Assembly: GCA_034226945.1 (NCBI GenBank)
Contig: CP120457.1
Coordinates: 744,001 to 808,000 of the forward strand
Source: Picochlorum sp. SENEW3
Taxonomy: Eukaryota
Length of the DNA: 64,000 nucleotides
Direction of reading: 5' to 3'
Part shown: positions 48,001-58,090 of the stretch, one piece after another
How the letters are laid out: each line of letters opens with the position of its first letter
How positions within the stretch are numbered: position 1 is the first letter of the stretch
Translations under genes and position numbers: made by a program
Notes under the pieces: generated by a model
Told to the model about the DNA's origin: nothing
Databases searched by the model: none
What the model saw: only the letters and a program-made list of their open reading frames with translations

Positions 48001-50362
48001 CCATCCAAATATCCCAACCTCCATTACAGTCCTGTGCAATAGCCTCATAAATGAGCTGGCAATATTCTGCTTGGGTCAGAAATCTGTCTTTCATTGTCAT
48101 CAAAGTTCCTGCAACAATATGGTCTTGAATAAGTCCACGAAGAGGTTTCCCGTCGGTTGGGACGAAAAACTGCTGATCTGCATGAACAATATCCAGACCC
48201 TCAGCTCTGCCAAGATGATCCTGTGGAAGATGCAGGTTGATCTCGTCTCCATCGAAGTCGGCATTAAAAGTCGAGCAATTCGCATAATGGAATCTAATTG
48301 TTCTTTCTGCTCGCATTATTCTAGCTCTGTGACCCATCATACCAGGCTTATGGAGGGTTGGCTGCCTATTTGTCAACATGAAATCCCCATCTGTCATGGT
48401 CCTGTACACCACCTTTCCTCCACCATATTGGGCAGCAGCAGGGTTTGAAACAGGACCAGCACCCCCATGTGAAGAAGCCGAAAGAGTTTTTGCGATGGAT
48501 TCTCGCGACTTCTTATCTTTCCTGAGCATAACAACCCTCCCTCGCTCATCTTCTACAGCCAGAGCTCCTGGAATTTTACCTGGACCAGCTATAACGGCTT
48601 CCCGTAACCTCTCCAGATTCCACGGAGTAACCCTCTCAGGAAACGATAATCTCGATGCAAAATACGGTGGGACTCCTATTTCACCACCGTTCAGGAACAC
48701 ATCAGGTGAAATCACCGACCTGGCAGCAAAATTCACGCGCTTTCCCATCATGTTCTTTCTGAAAAGCCCTTCTTTCTTTTCCAACTGCTGACGAATACCA
48801 TTGACGCCATAGGTATCATCAGCTGTCGATGAGTCAATGAGAGCGTTCAAAGAATTCTGTAAATTCAGCCACAGTCGCAGAGTTTGCGTTAATCTAGAAG
48901 TTTTGTTGGACATCTCTGTATCCTCCTGCTCCTTGCTCAATCCAATCAGATCAAGATTTGCATTGATGATCTTTACTAGAATAGTATTCTGTGGATGTTC
49001 ATACACCATATCACCCACGTGATTCACTGGCCTGAATCTGTTTGGTGCCACAGGTATCGTTTGAATGAAAAACTCCTTGTATCCATCTAGAGATAATGGA
49101 TCACCCGCAGAAATCCGATTACTATCTGATCCTTTCCTAATTTCTCTCCTTGTGATATCTGTGGGGTAAATGTATTTGAGGATATCTATATTTTCCCTCC
49201 AGACTCGGCGCATGATTTCCTTTGCCTCTGTTGGTGTCAGGTATTTTGGCATATCCACTCCAGGCGTTCCAGCCTGTTTTTCTCTGCCATCTGCAAGAGA
49301 AGTCTCTTGTATCGGACTATCCTCCATTGACGTTTCCATCTTGAATTTTGTGTCATCCTTGACATCTTCTTCCTCAGGTGTGGGAGGTGAGTCAACCATT
49401 TGAAGGACTGCAGTCTGTGGATGATTACGTGGATTCATATCACTAAGAAGGTCAACAATAGCAGTCCCTTGTGCCTCATTCACTTGTCGCTTTTTCGCAC
49501 TAAGAGGCATTAGAAACAGCTTTGTATGCCCCTCCCGCTTCAAGGTTGGGGAATGTGCTCCACAATTCTGGCATTTTCCAGAAGGCTGTCCTTTGAAAAA
49601 ATCCCGGACTGTTGTGATCATGGTCTCCATCATTTGTGACGTCACCACTCCATCAGATTTTCCCAAGCTCTTGAATGATTTTGTCTCTGTTGTTTGTTGA
49701 ATATCCGAGTCCTCCGAATCACTTCCCATCAAATCCTTCCCACTCTTTTTGGATGCTGAAGATGATCCAATCACCAGACTAAGAGCCTCAACCAAGTTTC
49801 CTGATTTTAATAGATCAAATCTAGAGCAGAACCTTTCCATCTCAATGTCTGACATTCTGAATTTGTAGCAATGCAGACATGCTGATCGCATGATTTTGTA
49901 TAGTGTCCTGCACAAGAAATACAACACTTGTTTTGCTGATGCCACGATTCGGGATACATATACCATGACGCACATGAAAACCAACGGATTGTACAATGGC
50001 ACTGAGACCTCAATGTGTCCAAAATGGCCAGGACACTCAAAGTGATTCAGCCCACAAGTCGAACACTTTTCTTTAGCGTCCATCGGCCCAAAGGCGGGAT
50101 CATATAAACCACCTTTGACCGCATTCTTCAAGTTATCAAATATAATCGGTGATTCCACCTTTTTTACGCTAATTTTCCGAATCTGCGGTCAGGTTGTACA
50201 CAAAGAAATGTCAGCATGCAAACAGTTTGGTGAACATAGCACCACAATTCATCCATCAAATATTTCCCAACTCACTTGATCTTCTGAGAAAAATCCAAAG
50301 GTAACACCATTGACTTGTGCTGTGGTGATTTCCTTTGTATGCAATGCATTAGAAAGAGCCAT
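45066..50362 (-). CDS. RPA1: RNA polymerase I largest subunit; about 4 exons
   Basis: [43 protein letters not shown] active site; [12 protein letters not shown]. Confidence 0.96.
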
Positions 50363-50591
50363 TGTACCAGAGGCACAGCGATGAGTATGGTTTATTTATG
50401 CTACTAGTAACTACAACTTCATTTTCCTTTATGGTGGCGCACAATGCTGCAAGTATTCCATCATGCTACGCGACGATGGCATCTTGCTTGCTGAGCGCTT
50501 TCTTAAATAGAACCCTTTAGATTCGTCATCGTCAGGTGCTTTCTTGATGCCTTTCCGCCAATCGTGGATGTTGTATTTATCATTTGTCATC

Positions 50592-52190
50592 ATGAAGGAC
50601 TTTGTTGCTCCTGTCAGCCTAGCTGAACCGACGGAGAAGGACAACGTAGACAGCGCTGCACTTGAACGCGTGCGTACTATCTTAGCGTAAGGAGATGAAT
50701 GAGGTTTATTTGGATTCTGATGTAATACTTTTTTTTTCTTGCAGTATCTTCGCGAGGAGGGCTTGTACGAGTCTCGGGAGGAGGCAGAACTACGAGAAGA
50801 AGTTTTGGGCAAGTTGGACGACATTGTTGCTGAGTGGATCAAAGGCGTTGCTGAGAAGCATGGGCAATCTAAAGACGATGCAAATGCTAAAATATTCACG
50901 TTTGGGTCGTATCGCCTCGGTGTGCATGGCCCAGGAGCTGATATTGACACGCTCTGCGTTGGCCCTTCGTATGCGTCCAGAGAGGAGGACTTTTTTGGGA
51001 GTGAGAAACACACGCTGCAGTCGATTTTAGGAAGAGAGAACGGGGTGCAAAGTATACGTGCTGTGAAAAATGCTTTTGTGCCCGTTATTGAGTGTGTTTT
51101 TCGCGGCATCAGCATTGATTTATTGTATGCCCAACTGGCAGTACCTTTTGTTAGAACTGATCTGGATATAGGAGCATCTGCAACCCTCCGACACTGTGAC
51201 GAGAGGAGTGTTAGATCTTTAAATGGATGTAGAGTGACTGATACCATCCTTCAAGAAGTTAATAATGTTGATGCATTCAGAGTGACATTAAGGGCTTTGA
51301 AACTGTGGGCACAGAGGAGAGGCGTGTATTCTAATGTAACAGGGTACTTGGGGGGAGTGAATTGGGCTATTTTGGTGGCATATATTTGTAAACTGTATCC
51401 CAACGCTGCCCCATCTGTCTTGTTATCAAGGTTCTTCTGGTTGTTTAGGCAGTGGTCTTGGCCAACTCCCATCATGTTGAGGCCGATAGAGAAGGACAGC
51501 ACCCTTAATATGCCAGTATGGGATCCACGAGAAAATCCTAGAGATCGATCTCATCTGATGCCAATTATAACTCCAGCCTATCCTTGCATGAATTCTTCTT
51601 ATAATGTTTCAGAGAGCACACTCCAAGTGATGACTGATGAGTTCAAGAGAGGCCATGAGATGTGTGAAGACATATTGAAAAGCTCAAATTTGGAATGGTC
51701 CAAATTATTCGAACCTGCTGTACTCTTCAGTGAGTATAAGCACTTTTTACAAGTAGAAGTATCGGCAACAAGCAAGGAAGATTTTGAGCTTTGGGAAGGT
51801 TGGGTGCACTCTAGAATGCGGTTACTGGTGAAGAGTGCTGGCCAGGTGATTGATTTGAGGCCCTGGCCTAAAGCATTTAAGAATGAGAATGATGAAAACG
51901 ACCCTAATAAGTATCGATGTTTCTACTTTTTAGGACTATCCAAGAAGAGATCCGTCACAAGACATTCATATGACAATGCAATGGTTTTGCCTCAGACTAA
52001 TGTTGACCTGACACCAGCAGTAAATGAATTCGCACACAAAGTAAAAGATTGGCCAGATCGTTCAAAGGGGATGGACATAAGTGTCCAACATATTACATAT
52101 AAGAAACTCCCAAAGTGGCTGGGCTTGCCTGAGAAGCGTCAGAAGAAGACAGCGGCAACAACAGGAAAGCGAAAGAAACACACTGATTAA
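50592..52190 (+). CDS. Canonical nuclear poly(A) polymerase; 2 exons
   Basis: FGSYRLGVHGPGADIDTLC; RSLNGCRVTD; HLMPIITPAYP. Confidence 0.95.
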
Positions 52191-52325
52191 TTGACGAATT
52201 TTTTTATAAAGGTTCTACTCGCTTTTGTAGACGTGCCATTCATCATCATTATTATTATCCACTAATAATATAATATGCTCTTGTTGTCTGCTACAACACG
52301 TGGCAAATTGTAACGCTTTCCTTCC

Positions 52326-53876
52326 TTATGATTCTGACATTCTTCTCCCCCTCATTCCGGCCAAAATAGTAGCTGCCATCATTTCACATTTTCGAGAAGT
52401 CTCCCCATCATCCTTTCTTTTCCTTTGGACTGCGCCATGATCACTCTCTTGTACCGGACTTGGAGTCTCTACCTGCCTGTCCCTTCTATTTGAACTTGGT
52501 CCTGTGGTACCGAGTTGGGATGGCCATGCATGTCCTGATGGGCTTGTACCAGAAGCGTTCTGAGCTTTGCACAGGGCCTTCGAGTCTCTCGTAAGACTAT
52601 CATGTGTGACATCCACTGGCATAGTGATGTTGATATCGCTCACAATTCCCAGAGTATGGGCTTTGTATAGAATGGAAGAGCACAAGCGGACAAGGCGGCA
52701 CAGTTCGTCCTGTTGGTGTCCAGTACCGATCTGGCGGGACGCATCCAAAGCATCAGGATGTTTTGGTTGTCCATTGAATCCTGGAAGAGAATCTTCGGTA
52801 GGAATTTCTCGACATGTTGGCTGCGGCAAGACAGAGTCAGGGGACGTATCAAAAGCATTCTGCTCTGATGTGTCGCCACTACCATCTCCTGCTGGTACCA
52901 TTTTTTGTCGCACCGGAGAACGCGGAGAAATATCATCATCCTGTAGGCCATCAAATTTTGGTGGTGAGCCTTGGAGTAGATCCCCTTTGCAAGACTGCGG
53001 CAAAGACCCATTGAAGCCTTGTGCTAATGTGTCACCATCTGCCCCACTTCTTGGCTGCACAGCGCGCGCAGCAACACGCCCTGCGTTATCATTATCTGGT
53101 GATCTTTGGCGCTTACCATTGCCACTCGATGGCGATGGGTACTCTCGAGGATTGATAGCCCTTTCCAGGCGCTCAGATGAAGTAGATGTCAGAATAGATG
53201 CTTTCATCAGCGAGATCTGCGATTCCCTAAGTTTAACGGCATCCTCCCCCTTGATTTTCCTGGAGAGACTTCTGTTCGTCGAGCTTAACAGCGCCTTCCA
53301 GTTCTGATTCCGTGCGAGATCACTATGGCTACCATTGCACCGGATATATGTACAAAGAAGGACACGGATGCATACTGCTGCAGTTCTTGTCAAATCTCCG
53401 AATCTATTCAGCTGCATTGACGCCTCAAAAACCATGGAGAGCTCCGTTTTGGCTTCTGTAACTATGGAGGAGGATTTCTCCAATGAAGGTTTGAAATCAT
53501 CAGTCGACACTATAAAAAACCTATGTGATGTGCTGCTTCCTTTACTGTCTTCTGGATAGACGATAAGATTTGCATCACCCATGAGACATTTCACTATTCT
53601 TTTGAATTGTCTATATACACTTTCTGCTGAAAATTCTTCGGGAAAAGTGATTTCACAGTGGACAAATGGCAGTTGTCCACCTTCCAGAAGACTGAACCTG
53701 TTGCAGGTGTGATGAAGTCCACATCGAACCTCGATCGTTCTATTCGTCTCATGTTCATAATAAATCTCATGGAGTTTGGTTCTGAGACCTTCCTGGAATT
53801 CGTCGCTAAAGTAGGCCATTGTTCGTTCGTTTGGCAAAGAAAGAGAAAAAGAAAGCAAGAAAACCCCGAAAAGCAC
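52326..53876 (-). CDS. Hypothetical protein with disordered C-terminal half; start may be 53819
   Basis: 516-aa ORF; C-terminal AATILAGM short motif; no family recognised. Confidence 0.55.
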   Translation of the reverse strand: MLFGVFLLSFSLSLPNERTMAYFSDEFQEGLRTKLHEIYYEHETNRTIEVRCGLHHTCNRFSLLEGGQLPFVHCEITFPEEFSAESVYRQFKRIVKCLMGDANLIVYPEDSKGSSTSHRFFIVSTDDFKPSLEKSSSIVTEAKTELSMVFEASMQLNRFGDLTRTAAVCIRVLLCTYIRCNGSHSDLARNQNWKALLSSTNRSLSRKIKGEDAVKLRESQISLMKASILTSTSSERLERAINPREYPSPSSGNGKRQRSPDNDNAGRVAARAVQPRSGADGDTLAQGFNGSLPQSCKGDLLQGSPPKFDGLQDDDISPRSPVRQKMVPAGDGSGDTSEQNAFDTSPDSVLPQPTCREIPTEDSLPGFNGQPKHPDALDASRQIGTGHQQDELCRLVRLCSSILYKAHTLGIVSDINITMPVDVTHDSLTRDSKALCKAQNASGTSPSGHAWPSQLGTTGPSSNRRDRQVETPSPVQESDHGAVQRKRKDDGETSRKCEMMAATILAGMRGRRMSES

Positions 53877-54553
53877 TCTATGCTATATCACCGTTGCCTC
53901 TGCATATCGGAAATAGCAACATGTCTATGAATCGTTGTGAATCGGATAGAACAAGCCGCGACAAAGTGTTTGTGACAGAATTGTTGATTCGAGATGTTCG
54001 AGTAGTAGATGTCGCTCGCAGCGGTTGAAACCGTTTGTAGTGATAAAAACGGGCTCCAGACACATATATACATCAATATTTCATATCTATGTGATACTAA
54101 TCACATATGACAGCACGTACAAGAGTTTCGGTTCGAAGTTGACTTTGCGCTCGGCTACTCTGCTCTACTCTCAGCACTTGAGAAGAAGAAAAGACAGTCA
54201 GTGCCTAAACAGAGAATAATTACTACTGCTGTTTGATATATAATATGAATTGGAGGGCTATTACATGCTGCAGTGCCTCATGATGGCGGAGTTTTGCTGA
54301 TTAGTGTGTCCTTCAAAGCGCGGGTAAATTCAAAATCCTAGGATTCCGTTGACATCCTCTGTCAAAGGCTTTTTTTGAAAGGATCGTAGGAAACCCTTCC
54401 CTGAGATGGTAAATGTATCCCATCAAAAGGAGCATTTGACCGGACATAGAAGATACGTTAGGAGATGTCACAGTATCTTGGTCAAAATCAACTTGTGGTG
54501 TGATTTACAGATGAATATACATGCATAGAAGAAGACAATGATGTAGAAAAGGT

Positions 54554-54559
54554 AAAAAA
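54554..54559 (-). terminator. RNA polymerase III oligo-dT terminator of the permuted tRNA gene
   Basis: TTTTTT on the minus strand, starting 6 nt after A37. Confidence 0.75.
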
Positions 54560-54565
54560 GCAGGT

Positions 54566-54668
54566 TGCAAAGCAGATACTCTAACCACTGAGCCACAGCC
54601 CCTTTGACCGGACGGTACATCGTCAGCCACACTGGAGCTGGGAGGAATCGAACCCCCGACCCTCTGCA
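54566..54668 (-). tRNA. trnA-UGC: Circularly permuted tRNA-Ala(UGC): 3' half (nt 38-73) at 54668-54633, 30-nt spacer, 5' half (nt 1-37) at 54602-54566
   Basis: 5' half GGGGCTG TG GCTC AGTGGTTA GAGT A TCTGC TT TGC A; 3' half T GCAGA GGGTC GGGGG TTCGATT CCTCC CAGCTCC A; all four stems pair; G3:U70 and A73 Ala identity elements present. Confidence 0.92.
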
Positions 54669-54789
54669 GGTTTGAAGACTTCATATGTAGAATTTTTTCT
54701 AGGATGTGAACTGTGTTTTAGCAACACGCGGGACAGCGGATCCGACCGCCCCTTGGCGGTGTGCTGAAGAAGCAAGAGAATGAGAAAAT

Positions 54790-55290
54790 CTGGTCACACC
54801 ACAAAGTTGCTGCTTGCGTGGGCGGCCTCCTCGTGAGGGAACCCGGCTGCCTGTGCGACTGAGGAAGCTTGGGGTGTCAATGAGAAGCGCCCACGTTGCA
54901 AGTGGTTCCTTCCTGGTGGCCCGTGCCTGTCAGGAGACAGAGCAGTGGCCGCCAGCTGGGTGTCCAGATACCATTCCAGGCATGTGAGGATTGCACTCAC
55001 TAAAAACTCACTCCCACACCTCGGGATTGAGCCAAGGCGCTCGACAGGAGGAATGTTGCGCTGCTTGTCTGGCCAGACTTCTGCACCATAGCCGCGGGAG
55101 GATAGGGTATCGTTGATCACCATCTTCTTCATCGCCACTTACTTCTGCCATAGTGGCTGTGGAGACCACTGTATTGATGGTGGTGAGTCCCAGGTATGTA
55201 TACTGATCCACAACTGGAACAACAGCAGATCATCATCTCCTGAGGAAAGAAGCTTGCGATTCCAGCAAGAGTAATCCTCCACGTTACTGG
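54790..55290 (-). mobile_element. Degenerate non-LTR retrotransposon (LINE) ORF2 fragment; ends uncertain
   Basis: Frameshifted motifs WRITLAG / VPVVDQYTYLG (late RT) and YGAEVW (post-RT), in LINE order; GC-richer than flanks. Confidence 0.6.
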
Positions 55291-55387
55291 AAATGGCCAA
55301 AAATTGGAGGTGCTTTGTTGCATCACATTCCCAAAAGACAAGAATCTGATTCTTGTGTTTGACACAGATTTTACAAGAAATACATCA

Positions 55388-55808
55388 TCAAAAATGAGTA
55401 TGTTTCCACTGCATGAGGGCTTCCTTCTCTGCATCCGACAACTTTGTTCCCACAATCTCGTCCAACGCAGACTTTTCCGCGGCAAGAACTCCTTTGGCAG
55501 AATGGACATCGTGCTTCTCTGCTTGAGCACGAACCTTGGTCAGCAGCTCTTTCAAGAGTTTTTCATCCTCCTTTCTGAAAAAGATGGCCTCCTCAGCATT
55601 CTCCTTGTCATCATATCCTATACATAAATAAAATGTCAACAATTGGATGCAAGAAAGAATACTAATGATGCAACAGAGACAAACCTTTAAGTCCCGCAAG
55701 AGACCCTGCGAATCGTTCCTCGCACAACCGACCGCAACCCAAAACATTCCTGCTCCGCCCAAATAGATTCATTGCTTTCTTTCCTGATGTAAGAACGCGA
55801 AGAAGCAT
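55388..55808 (-). CDS. Mitochondrial F1Fo ATPase inhibitor (IF1)-like protein; 2 exons
   Basis: Mitochondrial presequence-like MLLRVLTSGKK...; DDKENAEEAIFFRKEDEKLLKELL. Confidence 0.75.
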
Positions 55809-56046
55809 TGTGATCAAAATTGACGTTCTCAAGAATGGTGATGTTGGGTAGTAAATACAACACTGCTGCTCGGCGCCTATTTGTGTTCGATTTGTCACTG
55901 ATTTTCTTTCTTATATATTGTTTCTCTCACCCCTGCAATGCTACTAGACCTGGTGAATTGCGCACGGCATTCGTCGACAATCTCCCTTTTTATTATTTTA
56001 ATTAAGGCATTCATGCCCAACTTGGGCTGTTGCAACCAGATGCATC

Positions 56047-57987
56047 ATGATACAAAAGAAAAAAAAAATGAATGGGAAGGGTAATCACGAAGAAGACTCT
56101 GTGGTGTATATAACCGTGATTGGTGACCAGGGCGTCGGGAAGACGTCTTTGATCGCTGCTGCTGCGACGGAAACATTTCCCGACAACCCTCCACCGGTTC
56201 TTCCACCTGCCAAATTACCGGCAGATACCACACCGGAAGGAGTTCCAGTCGTAATTACAGACACGAGCACGAGATCAGAAGACAAAGAAGCGCTGGAAGC
56301 AGCATGTCGGCAAGCCAGTGTTATTGTGCTCTGTTTTCGGATGGAGAAGTTGGAGAGTTTAAGAAGAATTTCCTCATATTGGATGCCAGAGTTGAAACGA
56401 CTACATGTTCAGGTTCCTGTCCTGTTGGTCGGTTGTAAGAGTGATATTCGACCAGCTGATCAGTCTCTGCACAAAGCTGTGCTTCCGATCGTTAAATCGT
56501 ATCCTCAGATTGAGACATGTATGGAATGTTCGTCCAAAAAGCTGCAGTTTGTTGGAGAAGTATTCTATTACGCGTTGAAGGCGGTTGTGTACCCGATGAC
56601 ACCGCTATATGACCCAGAGAGCCAGTTGCTCCAACCACTGTGTGTTCGGGCATTGAAAAGGATATTCGCACTGTGTGACCAGGATAAAGATGGGGTTTTA
56701 AATGATATAGAGCTCAATGAGTTCCAGATGAGATGCTTTAATGCACCGTTGCAGCCAGAGGAGCTTGCTGGTGTGAAAGAGGTGGTCAAGTCTCGAATGG
56801 AAAATGGCCTCTCGCCAAAGGGTTTCCTCACATTTCAAGGGTTTTTGTTCCTCCATGCTTTATTTATAGAACGGGGCCGATTGGAGACGACGTGGGCTGT
56901 CCTATCGAAATTTGGCTATGGGAAGGACCTGAAGCTCAGGGGTGAACTTTTGATGCTGAAGACTGCACAAGACACGCCAATGCAACTAACAGAATTCGGA
57001 GAGACCTACTTTTATGACATATTCAATAAATTTGACGCCGATAATGACGCTGCCTTATCGGCAAGAGAGCAAGAAGACTTGTTTTCATCATTTCCTGAAG
57101 CTCCGTCATTATTGCAGAGAAGTAGTACAAGTTCTGGCATTATTTTTGAGCGAACAAAGAAAGGCCTTTTGACTCGCAATGGTTTTATGGCAATGTGGAA
57201 TTATTTAGCTACCAAGTCACCCAAAGAGTTGATAGCAAGTGCCATTTACTTGGGACTTGATTGTGAGAAAGATGGAGCAATTCTCGCCCAATTATTAGAA
57301 CCAAGAAAAATGCAGGAGCCCAAAGTAGTACAGTGTAGTTTGTTTTCTCATGATGAGATGGATGTTTCAGAGGCAATCGCAGGACTGGTGCAGCCAAACA
57401 ACCAGTCATCATCCAGTGTGATCTTGGGCTCTGCCGGACTTGTTGAAAAAAACAACAAAACTAGTACTCTGGTTCTGCGATCGGTGCCTCTATCACTGGC
57501 GCCTACAATTATTGAAGCCAGTGATAGATCTTCTCGCTTATCTACGTTGGATGCCGCCGCCTTTGCATTTGACTGGTCCAAGCCCAAACAAATTTCAACT
57601 CTTGTAGAAGGCATGCTTTCACTAGCATCTGCCGCAGGGGACACTCTGCCGTGTATTTTAATAGGTTTCAATAGAGATCAAGCTTCAGAGTCTTTCGTTG
57701 CGGAAGTTCAAATGATCTGTGACAGCCTAGGAATATCAGAGCCATTGAATTTTGACCCCAGGGACAGTGGCAGTGTGTACAGTAATCTCGTTGATGCCGC
57801 ATCAACGCCTGAGGGACATATTCCAGAGACCCCGTCTCTCATAGCAACCAAACGGCACAGGCGCCTGGTGGCTCGTATCACAATGTATGCTGGAATTGGT
57901 ACCCTGGTTGGCATTGCGGGATACTTATCATACAGAGCATACCGTGATTATCGATCCTCGACCGACCGGGCAGCTACTGCTACATAA
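56047..57987 (+). CDS. MIRO: Mitochondrial Rho GTPase
   Basis: GDQGVGKTSL; EVFYYALKAV; EF-hands DQDKDGVLNDIEL and DADNDAALS; FIERGRLETTW; C-terminal tail anchor. Confidence 0.95.
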   Translation: MIQKKKKMNGKGNHEEDSVVYITVIGDQGVGKTSLIAAAATETFPDNPPPVLPPAKLPADTTPEGVPVVITDTSTRSEDKEALEAACRQASVIVLCFRMEKLESLRRISSYWMPELKRLHVQVPVLLVGCKSDIRPADQSLHKAVLPIVKSYPQIETCMECSSKKLQFVGEVFYYALKAVVYPMTPLYDPESQLLQPLCVRALKRIFALCDQDKDGVLNDIELNEFQMRCFNAPLQPEELAGVKEVVKSRMENGLSPKGFLTFQGFLFLHALFIERGRLETTWAVLSKFGYGKDLKLRGELLMLKTAQDTPMQLTEFGETYFYDIFNKFDADNDAALSAREQEDLFSSFPEAPSLLQRSSTSSGIIFERTKKGLLTRNGFMAMWNYLATKSPKELIASAIYLGLDCEKDGAILAQLLEPRKMQEPKVVQCSLFSHDEMDVSEAIAGLVQPNNQSSSSVILGSAGLVEKNNKTSTLVLRSVPLSLAPTIIEASDRSSRLSTLDAAAFAFDWSKPKQISTLVEGMLSLASAAGDTLPCILIGFNRDQASESFVAEVQMICDSLGISEPLNFDPRDSGSVYSNLVDAASTPEGHIPETPSLIATKRHRRLVARITMYAGIGTLVGIAGYLSYRAYRDYRSSTDRAATAT

Positions 57988-58090
57988 TAGTTCCAAAATT
58001 GTTATTTTTTATGAAAGATCATTCATGAACTGACTGTAACGGGTATAACGACGTGCTGCAGCGGGCGCTGAGTTCCTCAAATTTTCAATC

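Noticed and set aside
50429..51247. Long antisense ORFs (this one, and also 52567-53307, 39136-39831, 47822-48448, 6895-7524)
   Set aside because: Shadow ORFs opposite better-supported genes, with no recognisable motifs
54125..54180. GGTTCGAA as the T-loop of another tRNA
   Set aside because: No T-stem or acceptor-stem pairing in the flanks
54566..54668. Reading as two independent tRNA pseudogene fragments or a normal intron-containing tRNA
   Set aside because: The halves are in reversed order, complement each other exactly at 37/38 with no overlap or gap, and are flanked by a splice motif and a terminator
54758..54800. Hammerhead-ribozyme-like string GGTGTG-CTGAAGA...GAAA...GTC-ACACC on the plus strand
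   Set aside because: Stem II does not pair, stem III is not viable and stem I is off by one base; at most a decayed remnant
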